A stretch of DNA of 64,000 bases from Syncephalis fuscata S228 (Eukaryota > Fungi > Zoopagomycota): assembly GCA_025786725.1 (NCBI GenBank), contig JAHLTZ010000030.1, positions 269,415 to 333,414 on the forward strand. Reading direction: 5' to 3'. The translations under genes were made by a program, and so were the position numbers. The notes below the pieces were generated by a model. It was not told where the DNA came from. It saw only the letters and a program-made list of their open reading frames with translations, and made no database searches. Numbering within the stretch: the first letter of the stretch is position 1; each line of letters starts with the position of its first letter. This document shows, piece after piece, positions 24,918 through 37,704 of the stretch.

Positions 24918-26660
24918 ATGTTCAAATTAAAGCTATTGGTCACTGGCCTGTTATTACTCGCAACGATGGCCGGCATCAACGCGGCCAACGTATCACTGCG
25001 TCCACGGCCTTCGGTTAAAACTGCTAAAGCAACATGTAGTCCACAATTGGTCTTTTACTGGGGTCAGAATTCGTATGGTGCAAACAATGAAAAAGATACG
25101 GCCAACTGGGAGAAGCGACTCGCTTATTACTGCCGCACAAAACAAATCAGCAATATAGTCATCTCGTTTATGCACATATTTGGCCGAGTTCCAAGCGAAT
25201 TTGACCTTAGCAGCCATTGCGATGCAAGCAAGCGCATACCGGGCACAAAGCTGCTTGATTGTCCTGAGCTGCGTGAAGACATTAAGATTTGCCAGGGACT
25301 TGGTGTTAAGATTGAGCTTGGATTAGGCGGAGCAACAGGCAACTATGGCTTCGCAAACGATGCACAGGCCGTTAAATTTGCCGAAGAATTGTATAACATT
25401 GCATTTGCCGGTAAAGGCAAAGCACGTCCTTTTGGGCCAGGTTCACTGGATGGCGTCAATCTAGACATTGAAACGGCAAAAACAACAAGCTATCCAGCAT
25501 TTGTGCGTCGACTTCGTGAGCTGCAAGGCAAACAAGGCCTACTTGTCACAGCTGCTCCACAATGTCCTTATCCAGACGCCGCGCTTCACGATACACTTGT
25601 GAATTCCGAAGTTGATGCCGTCTACGTGCAGTTCTACAACAATTACTGCGGTATGCAGGCATATGGTACAAAAAACTTTAACTTTGACACTTGGGCCGAA
25701 TGGTCGAGCAAGGTTGCTAAAAAACGCGGCGCTAAAGTCTATTTGGGCATTCCGGGATCGCCCAAATCGGCCGGCAGTGGATATGCGTCGGCAGCACGCG
25801 TTAATGAAGTAGTAAAAAAACTGGCCAGCGCCTATCCAAGTGTATTCGGTGGTGTAATGATGTGGGATGTCAGTACGGCCTACATGAATAAGGATGGCGG
25901 CAGTAACTTTGCCAATGCTGTCCACAACTCATTAAAGGCAGTTTGTGGTAAAACACAAGCAGCGCCTGTTGAAACATCCATTGTATCGGATCAATCAGAT
26001 GTGTGTCCGGCAGTTGGTGCATCTTGCACTGAAGGTGCCTACAGCTGTGCTAATGAGAATGTCAGCATATGTATCAACGGTCATTGGACACACCAGCCTT
26101 GCGGTTCTGGCACAGTTTGCCAACATACAGCCGATTACACTAGCGTATTTTGCGATGTCCCTAACGCTTTACAAGCAAGCTGTACCAAGAATGCTACGAC
26201 AAAGACCGCCAATTTAATTGATATAAGCCTTAAAGCTAATGCTGATGTCAGTGCAGCGCTTAGCCTTGTCTATCAACAAGCCAATGCAACACACTTAACC
26301 GTCAGAGTTGCTGCACGCGCTGAAAGCAGCAATACTGCCAATACCGCATTCCGCAACGAATGGACATTCCGCGCGCAAGCGCCAGTCGGCGTTCAGCTTG
26401 TGGCTACCTCACGCGGTCGTATCGTTTCGCGTGGTGAAGCAAACAACGACAATAACGTCATCAGCATCGTTTCAGAAGCGGCTAAAGAGCCAGCAAGTAG
26501 CATGCTTGTAGCGTTTGAGCTTGTATTGAAACGTAGTGAATCTGAAGCTGCCACTAATAATCGTTCTACTGTTAGTCTATCTAATGATAAGATAGTTGCA
26601 TTAGCGCCAACCAACCTAAATTCTGCTGCTTGGCTTCATGTTTTGAGTAATGCTCAATAG
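24918..26660 (+). CDS. Class III GH18 chitinase 2 with CBM19-like module, intronless
   Basis: Signal peptide, [41 protein letters not shown], Cys-rich CINGHWTHQPCGSGTVC. Confidence 0.95.
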   Translation: MFKLKLLVTGLLLLATMAGINAANVSLRPRPSVKTAKATCSPQLVFYWGQNSYGANNEKDTANWEKRLAYYCRTKQISNIVISFMHIFGRVPSEFDLSSHCDASKRIPGTKLLDCPELREDIKICQGLGVKIELGLGGATGNYGFANDAQAVKFAEELYNIAFAGKGKARPFGPGSLDGVNLDIETAKTTSYPAFVRRLRELQGKQGLLVTAAPQCPYPDAALHDTLVNSEVDAVYVQFYNNYCGMQAYGTKNFNFDTWAEWSSKVAKKRGAKVYLGIPGSPKSAGSGYASAARVNEVVKKLASAYPSVFGGVMMWDVSTAYMNKDGGSNFANAVHNSLKAVCGKTQAAPVETSIVSDQSDVCPAVGASCTEGAYSCANENVSICINGHWTHQPCGSGTVCQHTADYTSVFCDVPNALQASCTKNATTKTANLIDISLKANADVSAALSLVYQQANATHLTVRVAARAESSNTANTAFRNEWTFRAQAPVGVQLVATSRGRIVSRGEANNDNNVISIVSEAAKEPASSMLVAFELVLKRSESEAATNNRSTVSLSNDKIVALAPTNLNSAAWLHVLSNAQ

Positions 26661-28665
26661 CAAATAATGCCTAATAGCTGGCAACTAGCAGTTATTATGT
26701 TTTTATGAATTTGCGATGTCGACAACTAACTATAACTGCTCAATAAACAATTGATGATTTATATATATTGCTTTATTTTCTTAAATAATAATACTAATAC
26801 TAAATATGGTGATATGAATTTAGAAAAATCTTTAAAAATACCAATTTAATAAAAATATTAATTCATATCCGTTTGTTTGTGTTACCATCATTTCATTTTG
26901 TAATAGCTAAAAGATAAAAATGGAAATTAATTTATGATGGGGTTTAAAAGTCATACTTATTCATAAATCATAGCGTTACCATCTAGTACGTGCTGTGGCT
27001 GCACTTCCGACGATGTACTACACTTATGATGCCATTACCTATCGTATGATAACAATATTAACGAATGGAGGTACATAGTTAACTAACACGGCAATAGCGG
27101 TAACAATAACAGTAACGGATGCATAGTGACTGTTCATCTGTAGAAGCACAGCAGTTACTAGATTATCATAGCGAATCAGCAGCCATTTTTATTGGAATAC
27201 ACCGGAAGTGATACAACAGACAATAGGAAGAATAGACGAGTATTTTTCTACCAATAGAACTAGCAATGCTCTCCTGCATTCGATGTGTCGCGTAACACCT
27301 GAGCCATTTATGTTACTACATTACTTTCTACTCGAATTTACTTGGAACAAGCAAATAAGTGAATTAGAACACTCTTATTGCCTCCAACACTTTGAGTCTA
27401 GATCTCCGAATGACCTACACTATAACAAACAACCGGATATACCCCAGACATTACAGCACGTGTTCTATGTCCCCCGCCTTTACTCTCACGCACGCACACG
27501 CACACACTACTAAACCACGAAGAAATCCATTGTCCAAATGATTCTCCATTAATTCTATCAAATTTTAACTTCGTACAACAATACAAAGTAAGTCATGACG
27601 GCCTGTTGTTTTCTTAATGGAAAGCGAACAGTTGTACGCACGCCAACACTTTGGACACTGAAACGACGATCCTTTGTCCTCGTTATGTGTACGAGCGTTG
27701 GTCGTTAAACGGCAACGACGCTTCCATTTTTTTATGATTTACTAACAACAACAGCACTCGATCCCAAGACACATCCATGAATGGTTTAATATCAGCTGTG
27801 TTTCACGAAGTTAAATCCAATGTGGCTGCCGCTCCTTATTCCTTACTCCTTACTCTGGATCAAATGTAGAATAGCAGCATTCTACAGTACACTATTTGAA
27901 TTAAGAGCATGCTGATCCAAAAAACAGCTATCCCGTGACATACCGTACGAGCCTTTGCCAGCACAGTATCGTCATTTCAACGCATGATGCTGCTACTGCT
28001 TGTCGTTTACTTCTAAACAGCATCATAGTGGAATGATACACAACTATTGAGTTGTGCAGTTGTGGAAATAAGAAAACCGGCCAAGAATGTGTGTTCAGAA
28101 GAAAACAGCGATGCAGTATAGGTAGTTCCATATGCACGTCTCTTTATTGTGTGACGTGGACAGCTGATCACGCGCCTTTTAGTTAACGCATGTTCATATA
28201 ATGATTTCATTAGCCATTTCTCATATCTGCAATGCAGTGGGGTACTCGGCATAAACGGGGTCACATTGGTTGTTGGCTCATTCCATACACACACATCACA
28301 GACTGGTGGGTTGGTTAATAAAATGATGATTTCTTATACATGTGTGTACTACAATTATCATTATGGATATGAATTATTACTGCGATGACTACACATCCAT
28401 CATGTCAGGTGTTCTGTGACCGCTGAGTCACGTTCGATTGTCTATTCGAATCAATGGCCGTATGACATTACACTTTGCCATTCAGCGTTGTTCATATCTT
28501 GTACGTAATATATGAAAACCATTATAAAAGATAATACTACTAGCCTTTAATCTACTGTTCTGCATACTCTTACCTCCTCTTGTTATCTACTCCCTTTAAC
28601 GCAAAAAAGCTTACGATACGAACAATTTTCAAGTGTTAACCTTGTATTTATTTCTTTTCTTTTTG

Positions 28666-28756
28666 GTAAGTCTCTAGCTTTGAAATTGTAACTAATAATC
28701 ATTATAATGAATACTAATCATTTTATTTGCTATTATTACTACTATTTTATTAATAG
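28666..28756 (+). other. Probable 5'-UTR intron ending directly at the chitinase 3 ATG
   Basis: gtaagt donor at 28666, tactaat branch-like motif ~28712, ttaatag acceptor immediately followed by ATG 28757. Confidence 0.55.
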
Positions 28757-30757
28757 ATGAAATCTAACAAAATGATGACTGATCGCTACTCCTTTTGGCA
28801 ACTTGCCGCGGCCACGGCCATTTTGATAACTGCTTTTCCTGTATCAAGTTATGCGGCTGCAGCCGGCACTCGTAGTGTCGATGCACCAACCAGGGCAACG
28901 ATGGCCAGTGCGCCAGAAACATGTAGTCATGATACCAAACTCGTCCTTTACTGGGGCCAAAATTCCTTTGGATCGGCAAATCCGGCTGATAAAACAAAAT
29001 GGGAAGGCCGCCTTGCTGACTATTGCCGGTCAGGCAAATTAGGCACTGCTGTACTTTCATTTATGCACGTTTTTGGCCAGGGTCGTGATAGGACACAAGT
29101 TAACTTTGCTAATCACTGCGCACCTGAAAATACGCTGCCTGGATCACAATTGCTTGACTGTCCCGAACTACGCGAAGACATCAAGATCTGCCAGGACCTC
29201 GGTGTTAAAGTCGAGCTTGGACTGGGTGGTGCCGCTGGTAGCTACGGTCTAAGCGACAACAAAGCAGCCGTTGCATTTGCCGACGAACTTTGGGACACCG
29301 TATTTGGCGGTGATAGCAAGACACGTCCATTTGGTTCAACTGCACTCGATGGTGTTAATCTCGATATCGAGGGTGGCAGTCCATTTGGCTATGCTGCTTT
29401 TGTTAATCGACTTCGCGAACGCCAGAGCAGTGCCGGCTCAAAGGCTCGTCCACTTATTGTCACTGCTGCACCTCAGTGCCCATATCCCGATGCCTACCTT
29501 GATGATGTCATGAAAAATGCAGCAGTCGATGCTGTTTACGTGCAGTTCTATAACAATTACTGCGGTACACAAGCCTTCGGCACTCAAAACTTCAACTTTG
29601 ATATCTGGGATGAGTGGTCGAGCAAGACTGCTAAGATTAAGGGTGCCAAGGTCTTCCTTGGTATACCAGCCTCGCCATCTGCTGCTGGTAGTGGCTACGT
29701 TCCAGCCTCGCGTTTGCGTGATATCATTTTTGATGTACGCAAATATAACTCATTCGGCGGTGTTATGATGTGGGATAGCAGTCAAGCTTTCGGCAATATG
29801 GAAGGTGGCAAGTCTTATGCTGAATTGGCCGTTGCTTCATTAGAAGCGGCTTGCAACGGTAAGACCCCAACTCCTTCGCCAGTACCAGTACCAGTGCCTT
29901 CGCCTTCGCCCTCTCCTGTACCAGCGCCTTCACCAACTCCAGTGCCGTCACCAGTGCCTTCGCCCTCTCCTGTACCGTCACCATCGCCTTCACCAACTCC
30001 AGTACCGTCACCAGTGCCTTCACCAACTCCAGTACCGTCACCATCGCCTGGTAATGGTGATGTCTGCCCTGTAGAAGGCGGTGCTTGCCAAGAGGGTAGC
30101 TACGACTGTTCAGGCACACAATACGCCCAATGTCTATTCGGTAAATGGATCTTGCGACCATGTCAGTCGGGTACTGTCTGCCGACGCACTGCCGATCGCC
30201 GCAACGTCTTCTGTGACCTACCAAACTCGACCGATTTGCCTTGCCGCCAGCCATCGACGCCTGGTTTCACCCCAGCTGAACGCCTACAAATCTCGACGAC
30301 CAATGCTGCAGCTGAACGCACACGTGCCGCTGCCTTCACCGGTAATGGCCATCCAGCTGATGTTAATGTCGTTTACCAATCAGCCAACGCAACACACATG
30401 ACCGCCCATATCGAAGCAAGCGTCAGTGCAGCCACTCGCAAGTCAGCCATCAACTCATTCAGCAATAGTTGGACACTTTCCTTTGCGGCACCCAACGGTG
30501 TTAGCCCAGTATCTGTAAGTCGCGGCACAATAAACAACGATCAAACTCATGCTACTGCTACAACTGGCGAGGAATGGCGCCGCTTCGAAGTAAAATCAGA
30601 ACCATCGAAGGAGCCAGCTAAAAACATGCGCATTGTAATGGATGTTGTGCTTAAACGTGCGGCACCAACTGCCACAGCAGGTTCATCGGACGACATTAAG
30701 GCAGCATCTGCTCCATGGCTTCAAGTATTGAAGGATGTTCAATTGCAGTCGCAGTAA
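28757..30757 (+). CDS. Class III GH18 chitinase 3 with Pro/Ser/Thr/Val linker and CBM19-like module
   Basis: [31 protein letters not shown], (PSP/PVP)n linker 29866-30050, [18 protein letters not shown]. Confidence 0.96.
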   Translation: MKSNKMMTDRYSFWQLAAATAILITAFPVSSYAAAAGTRSVDAPTRATMASAPETCSHDTKLVLYWGQNSFGSANPADKTKWEGRLADYCRSGKLGTAVLSFMHVFGQGRDRTQVNFANHCAPENTLPGSQLLDCPELREDIKICQDLGVKVELGLGGAAGSYGLSDNKAAVAFADELWDTVFGGDSKTRPFGSTALDGVNLDIEGGSPFGYAAFVNRLRERQSSAGSKARPLIVTAAPQCPYPDAYLDDVMKNAAVDAVYVQFYNNYCGTQAFGTQNFNFDIWDEWSSKTAKIKGAKVFLGIPASPSAAGSGYVPASRLRDIIFDVRKYNSFGGVMMWDSSQAFGNMEGGKSYAELAVASLEAACNGKTPTPSPVPVPVPSPSPSPVPAPSPTPVPSPVPSPSPVPSPSPSPTPVPSPVPSPTPVPSPSPGNGDVCPVEGGACQEGSYDCSGTQYAQCLFGKWILRPCQSGTVCRRTADRRNVFCDLPNSTDLPCRQPSTPGFTPAERLQISTTNAAAERTRAAAFTGNGHPADVNVVYQSANATHMTAHIEASVSAATRKSAINSFSNSWTLSFAAPNGVSPVSVSRGTINNDQTHATATTGEEWRRFEVKSEPSKEPAKNMRIVMDVVLKRAAPTATAGSSDDIKAASAPWLQVLKDVQLQSQ

Positions 30758-31039
30758 AATGTTTCATCTGCGATAACAAGATACGACGTTACGATTTCAT
30801 TCTATCTATCAGTGAATTATACTAATTCATAACGCTAACTAATGGTTAATTTTTATAAATATCTTATTTTATTCTTATAAGAAATAAACACTTTCTTATC
30901 AGATATGCTAATTGAATAGTAACAAATGTTAACTGTATACAACTTTACAAATTATTATAATTTTACTTATTAATTAATACGTAATTTTTTCAGTTATTAC
31001 ATATAATAAAAGCTGAAGATCAAATGACTAGATATAATA

Positions 31040-31790
31040 ATATTGCGCAATTGCACTGCACATTCATCTATTGAACATGGGACAAGTGGTGAGTTTTATT
31101 TAATCATTACATCATCACATTTATTGTTTGCATGGTGGTCAAATAACTATTTTTAATAACATTCATCTATTGAACATGATGATGGGTGGTGAGTGACATC
31201 AGGTCATCAAATACTCGTCATCATAGATTTATTATCCAGTATGCATATATCCACCATTTACCTATATCATTGCCATTCTATTTATACTACTATGTATCAT
31301 TCTACGATACACTAGACACATTCTATTGTTTATATGCTTCATTAAATTCATTCATTCCTCTCATTGCATTATATGCACTATAGCTTTAACATCGTTTTAT
31401 ATGCTTTGTTACCGTACATTTATCATTCTATATTCGCATAGCCTTCCTCTATCCAATACTATTTTTGTTTTTTGTTCTAGCCTTATTATCAATAAATGTT
31501 GACTAATTCCGCCCATTAATTATGCATATATGTTCAATAACTTTAACATGATTAATCGTCGTTCAATATTGTATATTCATTATATTGTATATTATTTTAT
31601 TAAATACTGGTTATGCGCTGTCTAGAACTGTTGTCTGTCTAGTCTTAACTTTATTACCAGCAATTTTGACTCATTTTAGTCATTTTAATCATTGAGTTAT
31701 ACTGCTAGAACAAGCAATACAAGTATGTGTGATGGTTTATTAAAAGTGTTTATTAAGTTTATTTATAACTAATTATGGCTGAGATAGTTG
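31040..31790 (+). mobile_element. Dispersed non-coding repeat family A, long copy (putative non-autonomous element)
   Basis: Core gcgcaattgcactgcacattcatctattgaacatg...gtggtgagt followed by ~600 bp that align by eye with the reverse complement of 62060-62665. Confidence 0.75.
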
Positions 31791-32928
31791 GTGTTAGCTA
31801 GCTAAGCTTTGACAGATTTAATTTAGATAATAAAGTACGTATAGGAGTAGCAAGCTTAAAGAAAATGGATTAATACGAAATAAAGTAGGTTAGAAATAAA
31901 GATGGCGCAATCAACAATAGCTCAATGTTGTGCAAGTATAACGATATAGCGGTGTTTACAATAAAGGCTGTATTTGTAATGAATAAATGCATACTAAATA
32001 TAAATATGCAATAATGAGTATTTTTGATCACATACCATTCGTCACTCAGCTTTATCTTCAATAAATTAAACGCTATCAAAAGTAGTCATTTAACCTCAAA
32101 TCATACCAAGTAGATACTCAAATGCCTAATATTAATCCAATAGTCTTGACATAAATAAATTATTGATACGCCTCTAGACCTACTTACAAAACTCAACTAA
32201 CTAAACAAACAAATATTCTTGCACTTGCCCTTTAATAAGTACAACTAGATACTTAATAACAAATAGTAACTTTAGATATTTTATTAAATCAACTTTTGCT
32301 GTGTATAAATAGCAAGTGAAACATACTAGTGGTGTTAGACAAGTGGCGATCACAAGCCATAAGCTTTGGCCTAGTTTTTTATTGTGAATTGTTAACAAAA
32401 ACTAAACATCTTACAGCGTTTCTCAATGTTGCAGCCCTACACTTATCCGGTAATATTGCAGCACCTTGACCACTATCGCATTATAAAACGGATTGGCTAA
32501 CATGGTTACAGCATTGCCGCCTTACCGTGAAACCTCCTTGAAGTAGCATCATTCAGCTCTCTATCTCTCCCTCTATCTTCAGTACTTGCATGCGGGGTGG
32601 GCGTATGTTCTCGCCTTCTCCTCTATTTCGCTTCTCTCTTTCTCTCTATTTTATTGCAGTGGTTGTGTGAAGGTTACTTTCTGTTTTACACTTTTCCCTT
32701 TGGCCGTTGTTACGCTACGCCATTTTAGTTTTGCGTATTCCCATTTTCTTGTTCGGACCACCAGCTTATCACTTCCACTCTAGTGTTTGTTTTCTTTATC
32801 GGCCTTTGGCCCGACCGTCTTCTTCGTTGTATATCACCTTGGCCGTTATTACTATCGGCATAAATACACACACGCACGTCATCTAGTTTGCGGGACTGTT
32901 ACCTGTCTTTTGCTTCAAGGCTATCTTG

Positions 32929-34567
32929 ATGTTTAGTCACCGATCAAGCTTCGTTCGTCGTTGGTTGCAGCTGTTTAGTCTCCTAGTGCCGGTGTTGCTC
33001 TCTACGTTCGGTGTTGTAGTGACGCCGCATGTTGCCAATGGAGATATCATTGTTCTAGTGAGTAACGCCTAATCTGCACCTTGTTCAATTACTTACGCTA
33101 TGTATGCCGCACGTTGCTAATTGACCTATAGGCTACCAATGAAACGTTTGTGGTAAGTCTATAGCTTAATAATAGCTATTGAATGTAAATTAATACTGAC
33201 TACTTTATTTGCTACATACATATATCTATCTATCTACCCATCCATGTATATATGCATCTACCATATTATTGACGCTGCTAGTCTCGTATAGCAGCATTTG
33301 GACCTCGCATTTACGACGATGGCACTCCACCCGAGAAAGGCGAGCCACCGCTACCGTTTCCAGGACCGGTAGGCCAACTTTTACCAGTGGAAAACATTAT
33401 GCCGAATAATCAGCGAGGATGTCAGCCCATTCCTGAGTCATTAAAACAAAAGCTACCAAACCAGAAATGGATTGCTTTAGTAGAGCGTGGTGATTGTTCA
33501 TTCATTGATAAAGTACGAGCCATGCAAGACTCGGGTGCAGCAGCTGTTGTTGTAGGCGATAATCGTTGGGATAGTCTTATTACTATGTTTGCTGCTGGTA
33601 AGTTCAATTTAATAGACGAATATATTGAATAACACGTACTAATTCTACACCGATATAGAGGATACATCAGATGTCAATATTCCATCTGTATTTACTCTTC
33701 AAATCGATTACCACCAACTGCGATATCTAGCATCGCACCTAGACCAGCCATTTATTGTTAAACTGCTTAGTGATGATGTAATTTCATGGTAATGATTACA
33801 TGAGCGCTTTTGCTCATTATTCTATTATAGTTTCAATAGCTAACACGGATTGAATAGGCCATTACTTGATATTCTTATTGTTACCATTATAACACCTACG
33901 CTAATGATGGTATTTATCTACGCTATTTGGTATGTGCGCCAACGACAAGATCAACTGGCCGATTTAGCACCACGCCAAGTTGTCAACAATCTGCCAACGA
34001 AACTATTTTCACAAGACAAATACCAGCGAAAATGATCCAGCCGAGTGTGCCATTTGTTTGGATGATTTCGTCGATGATGACCAATTGCGTGTCATGCCTT
34101 GTCGACATGAATTCCACATAGCCTGTATTGACCCGTGGCTGACTACACGAAAGCGATTCTGTCCAATTTGCAAACAGGATATATGTCCAGCCAACGAGCG
34201 AACACCATTGCTGGCCAGTCTAGGCGGCGGCGTCTCCAATGGTCGTCGCATGTTAAATAGACACTTTTCACTTTCTGGCATTCGATCACGACTGGCATTG
34301 CCGACAACCACTAGATCGTATTCAAGCACCGATAATGCAGGTGAACACGAACCAGCATTATTACCATTATCGAGTGCAGGGGATGAGCTAGAACAGGGAC
34401 AGGAGCAAGAACAAGAACAGGATGTACCTGGAGAAGAAGAAGGGGCATTGCTTAGTGTACTAGTTGTGCACCATTCTTCAGAAGAAGGAGAAGGAGAAGC
34501 GGAAGCAGAAGTGGAAGAAGAAGCTGTAACTGAAGATAACACAGCTCGTTCGGATACAAACCATTAG
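32929..34567 (+). CDS. PA-TM-RING-H2 E3 ubiquitin ligase (RNF13/RNF167-like)
   Basis: Signal-like MFSHRSS...GDIIVL, AAFGP, PA motif [63 protein letters not shown]2 CAICLDDF...[14 protein letters not shown]...CPIC; frame slip ~34025. Confidence 0.92.
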
Positions 34568-35272
34568 TTTTAGTCTTTAATCTATTGTTGCAGTTCAATT
34601 TATAATCTGTGATGTTATTGTTTATAAGATGTAACGTGATATAAAACAACCAACAACAGTGAAATGCCTTGTACGAATAAAGTTATTAAGTAAACGACAA
34701 TTATGATTAATATTAATAGTAATAAACACCAATATTGTAATAATCCTGCAAATTAAACTTGCTGAAATGATGTGCGTAATGATAGAAAATACGTTATTAT
34801 CTTGCATCGTTGGAATTCTTATTTCCTTTCTGTGTCCTCCGTTAATGGTCACACCATGTACGACCCACAGGAAAATAGTCTCCATGTTCTCCTTTTCCGT
34901 TCAAAAAAGAAATTGGCATGCAAAGGAAATGCTTAAACAACTCCTCCTTTACTGACCAGAAGACTATTAGTTAAACATATCAGTCAATGTGTTTTGTTTA
35001 AATACAAGCTATGGGGCAATATAACTGACGATTTACATCTGTTATTATTGCTATTATCATTTATTGTATTTATCAATAGTTTACACACTTTATTAGCAAC
35101 ATTGATCAACGTTGCTTTAGTGCTTTATTACTGCGTTGCTACTCTACTCCTGCAACTGTGTGTGTATATATATATATATGCATACGTGTGTGCATAGTAT
35201 GACTGGGCACTTTTTGTATCTATATTTCACTTTGTACTAGTCGTTATTACCTTCATTACAGCAATCGCAACG

Positions 35273-36838
35273 ATGCATACTTTGAAATGGAGCTGGTCAT
35301 CTTGCTACCACCTATTATTCTGTTCGTTGTTTGCTCCAATTCGTAAATGGTTAAGCTATATAGCTATTTCATGGATAGTGTTGCAATGTCTAATGAATGA
35401 GCACCAGAATAGTTTATTTAGTGGGCACGTTGGTGTTAAGGCGGCCCCTACGTCCAAAGTAGGTGATTTAGCGTATTTCTACTATCTGATAGACTAACGA
35501 TAGGCTAGATACGGTTGATGTCACCAGAACAAGGTAGATACGCGCTAAATAGTGCTAATTGATACTTAATAGATTGAATACTTGTAGCTTTATTAGATGC
35601 TCAGAAACTATTATCGACTATGACCTACTCGAATGCTTCATCAACTATAGATATGATACATGAAGCGATGGGACAACAAGTATTGACGGTTGATGTGTCT
35701 TATCCTTCATCAACGATATTGCCAAAAAATAAAGATTGTGTGGCATCGGGTCTACTACCATCGGCAGATGAGTACCACGAATCAACAAGTGAGGATGGTC
35801 AATCAAGATGGTGTCTCCATCCATATACTATGACATCAGCCGTATTAATTCCGAAACATGTTTGGAAGGACAGTGCAAATCATCGTCATAATAATAATGA
35901 CGACACAGGCCATGGCGATTCAACGTGGATTGATTTTGACGATTTTATCGATACGGCATTTGAATTCATACGGACCGCGCTTTATTATTTTATTGTCATT
36001 TATGTTATATTTCTTAGCATTGCTCTTCCCTATATACTGTATACCCAAATGCGTCGATGTTTTCTATGGTTTATGGGCAGTAATACAAACGAGGGGGCCA
36101 CAGATCAGTCGACGAGGCCACGAGTGCAGCGGGTGCACAACGGCCGTGTTGCCACCACCACGTATTGTGGCTTACCGATCAATTCGTACGCGACGACATT
36201 ATGGAGGCACGGAAAATACACGTGTTAATTTATCTGAATTAAGCAGTGACGAGGAAGATAATAGGCCACTCGGTATACGATATACGACTCGTATCAATCA
36301 TTTGTCCGTATCGGCACCGGCTTCTGCATCAACCCAGCCACTTGTAGCATCATCACCATCACCACCACTAAATGAGGGACACAGTGGACATGAAGCACAC
36401 TATCGCATTACTAATGGACACCATCCATCAGAAAATTACACCGCACAAGAGGAAGAGGAAACGATAAAGGCCCTAGATATAGAACAGAATGGATTGACCA
36501 ACACGGTAGAGTGTCCCATCTGTTATGATCCATTTGTAGATAGTGATATTGTCATGGAATTGGGTTGTCGACACACCTTCCATTCAGGCTGTATTGGACA
36601 GTGGCTACGTCGACGTCACCCCACGTGTCCTATGTGTCGGGCTCATATACCTACGCATGGTTTAGATTACCGCCTATTAAGAATGCCATCACGCTATTCG
36701 AATGGATTCAATGCGCTAAATTATGCAGAAGATCCAACCTACCGACTAAGTCGAGACTATGCGTCACATTTTGTAAATCATCAGATGAATGACGATCCAA
36801 CCAATGGAGAGCGACGACCTCTACTACTTGATCGTTAA
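35273..36838 (+). CDS. Second TM-RING-H2 E3 ligase-like protein with divergent lumenal domain
   Basis: TM ALYYFIVIYVIFLSIALPYILY; RING-H2 CPICYDPF...CRHTFHSGCIGQWL...CPMC; frame slip between TM and RING ORFs; 5' exons uncertain. Confidence 0.78.
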
Positions 36839-37704
36839 GTAGCTAGACTTTAGTCACTATAATTCATACTATTTTGTTGGTTTTTATCATGAAGCAAGCG
36901 CTATGTAATTATTGTTATTTACTAAACTGTTTATTTGGCTAAAAAGTAGTGAATATAACTATAATAAATGTATATTTGGTAATTGTAGCTATATTTAAGC
37001 AAAATAATGTGGCTAAAGTGTTAATTAGCTAATTTACATTATTGTCTATAGTTTCAATAGTTAAGCAAATCTTTTAAGCACAATAACGATTTACTATTAA
37101 ACTAGTTAATTGCTATTATATTTAAGCCTATGGCCTTTGCTGTACTGTACCTGCATGCCATAAACCTGTAGCAGTACCACTTAAATAATCATAAGCTCAT
37201 TAGTTAACTATTTGTTTATTTACTAGAGAGATGGTAAATAGTACAATTTAACATAAACCAATTTTATTATTACTAATACTATTGTAATAAATACTAATTA
37301 AAGTTATTTAATATACTAGTAATAAGTTATCTAGGCTACAAATCATTTGACCGATAGCTTGGTACACTGTTATTGTTAATCCATTCTCTATTACTATTAT
37401 CATAATCATAGTATTATTATTAGCCTTTCAGTCTATTCATAGTGATTAAATAAGCAATTATGTTGCCTTATAAGCAATTCCATACGCTTAACTGTAACCT
37501 TGAATGCATATAAATTAAAGGGTCTATAAAATGACATACTATTTGTACTACTACAATTCGTATATTAGAACGTTTTGACCATTCCTTCGTTAATAAAATG
37601 AAAAAAAGAAACATCTAACCCTCGTTTCGCGCCAATCTCCTTTTCAACACCTTCAGCTTATTGCTTTCTTTTACATCTTCTATCCTACTCGATTATAGCA
37701 AGCA

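Noticed and set aside
26980-28500. Short ORFs between chitinases 2 and 3
   Set aside because: No homology cues or consistent exon structure; more likely promoter or UTR sequence.
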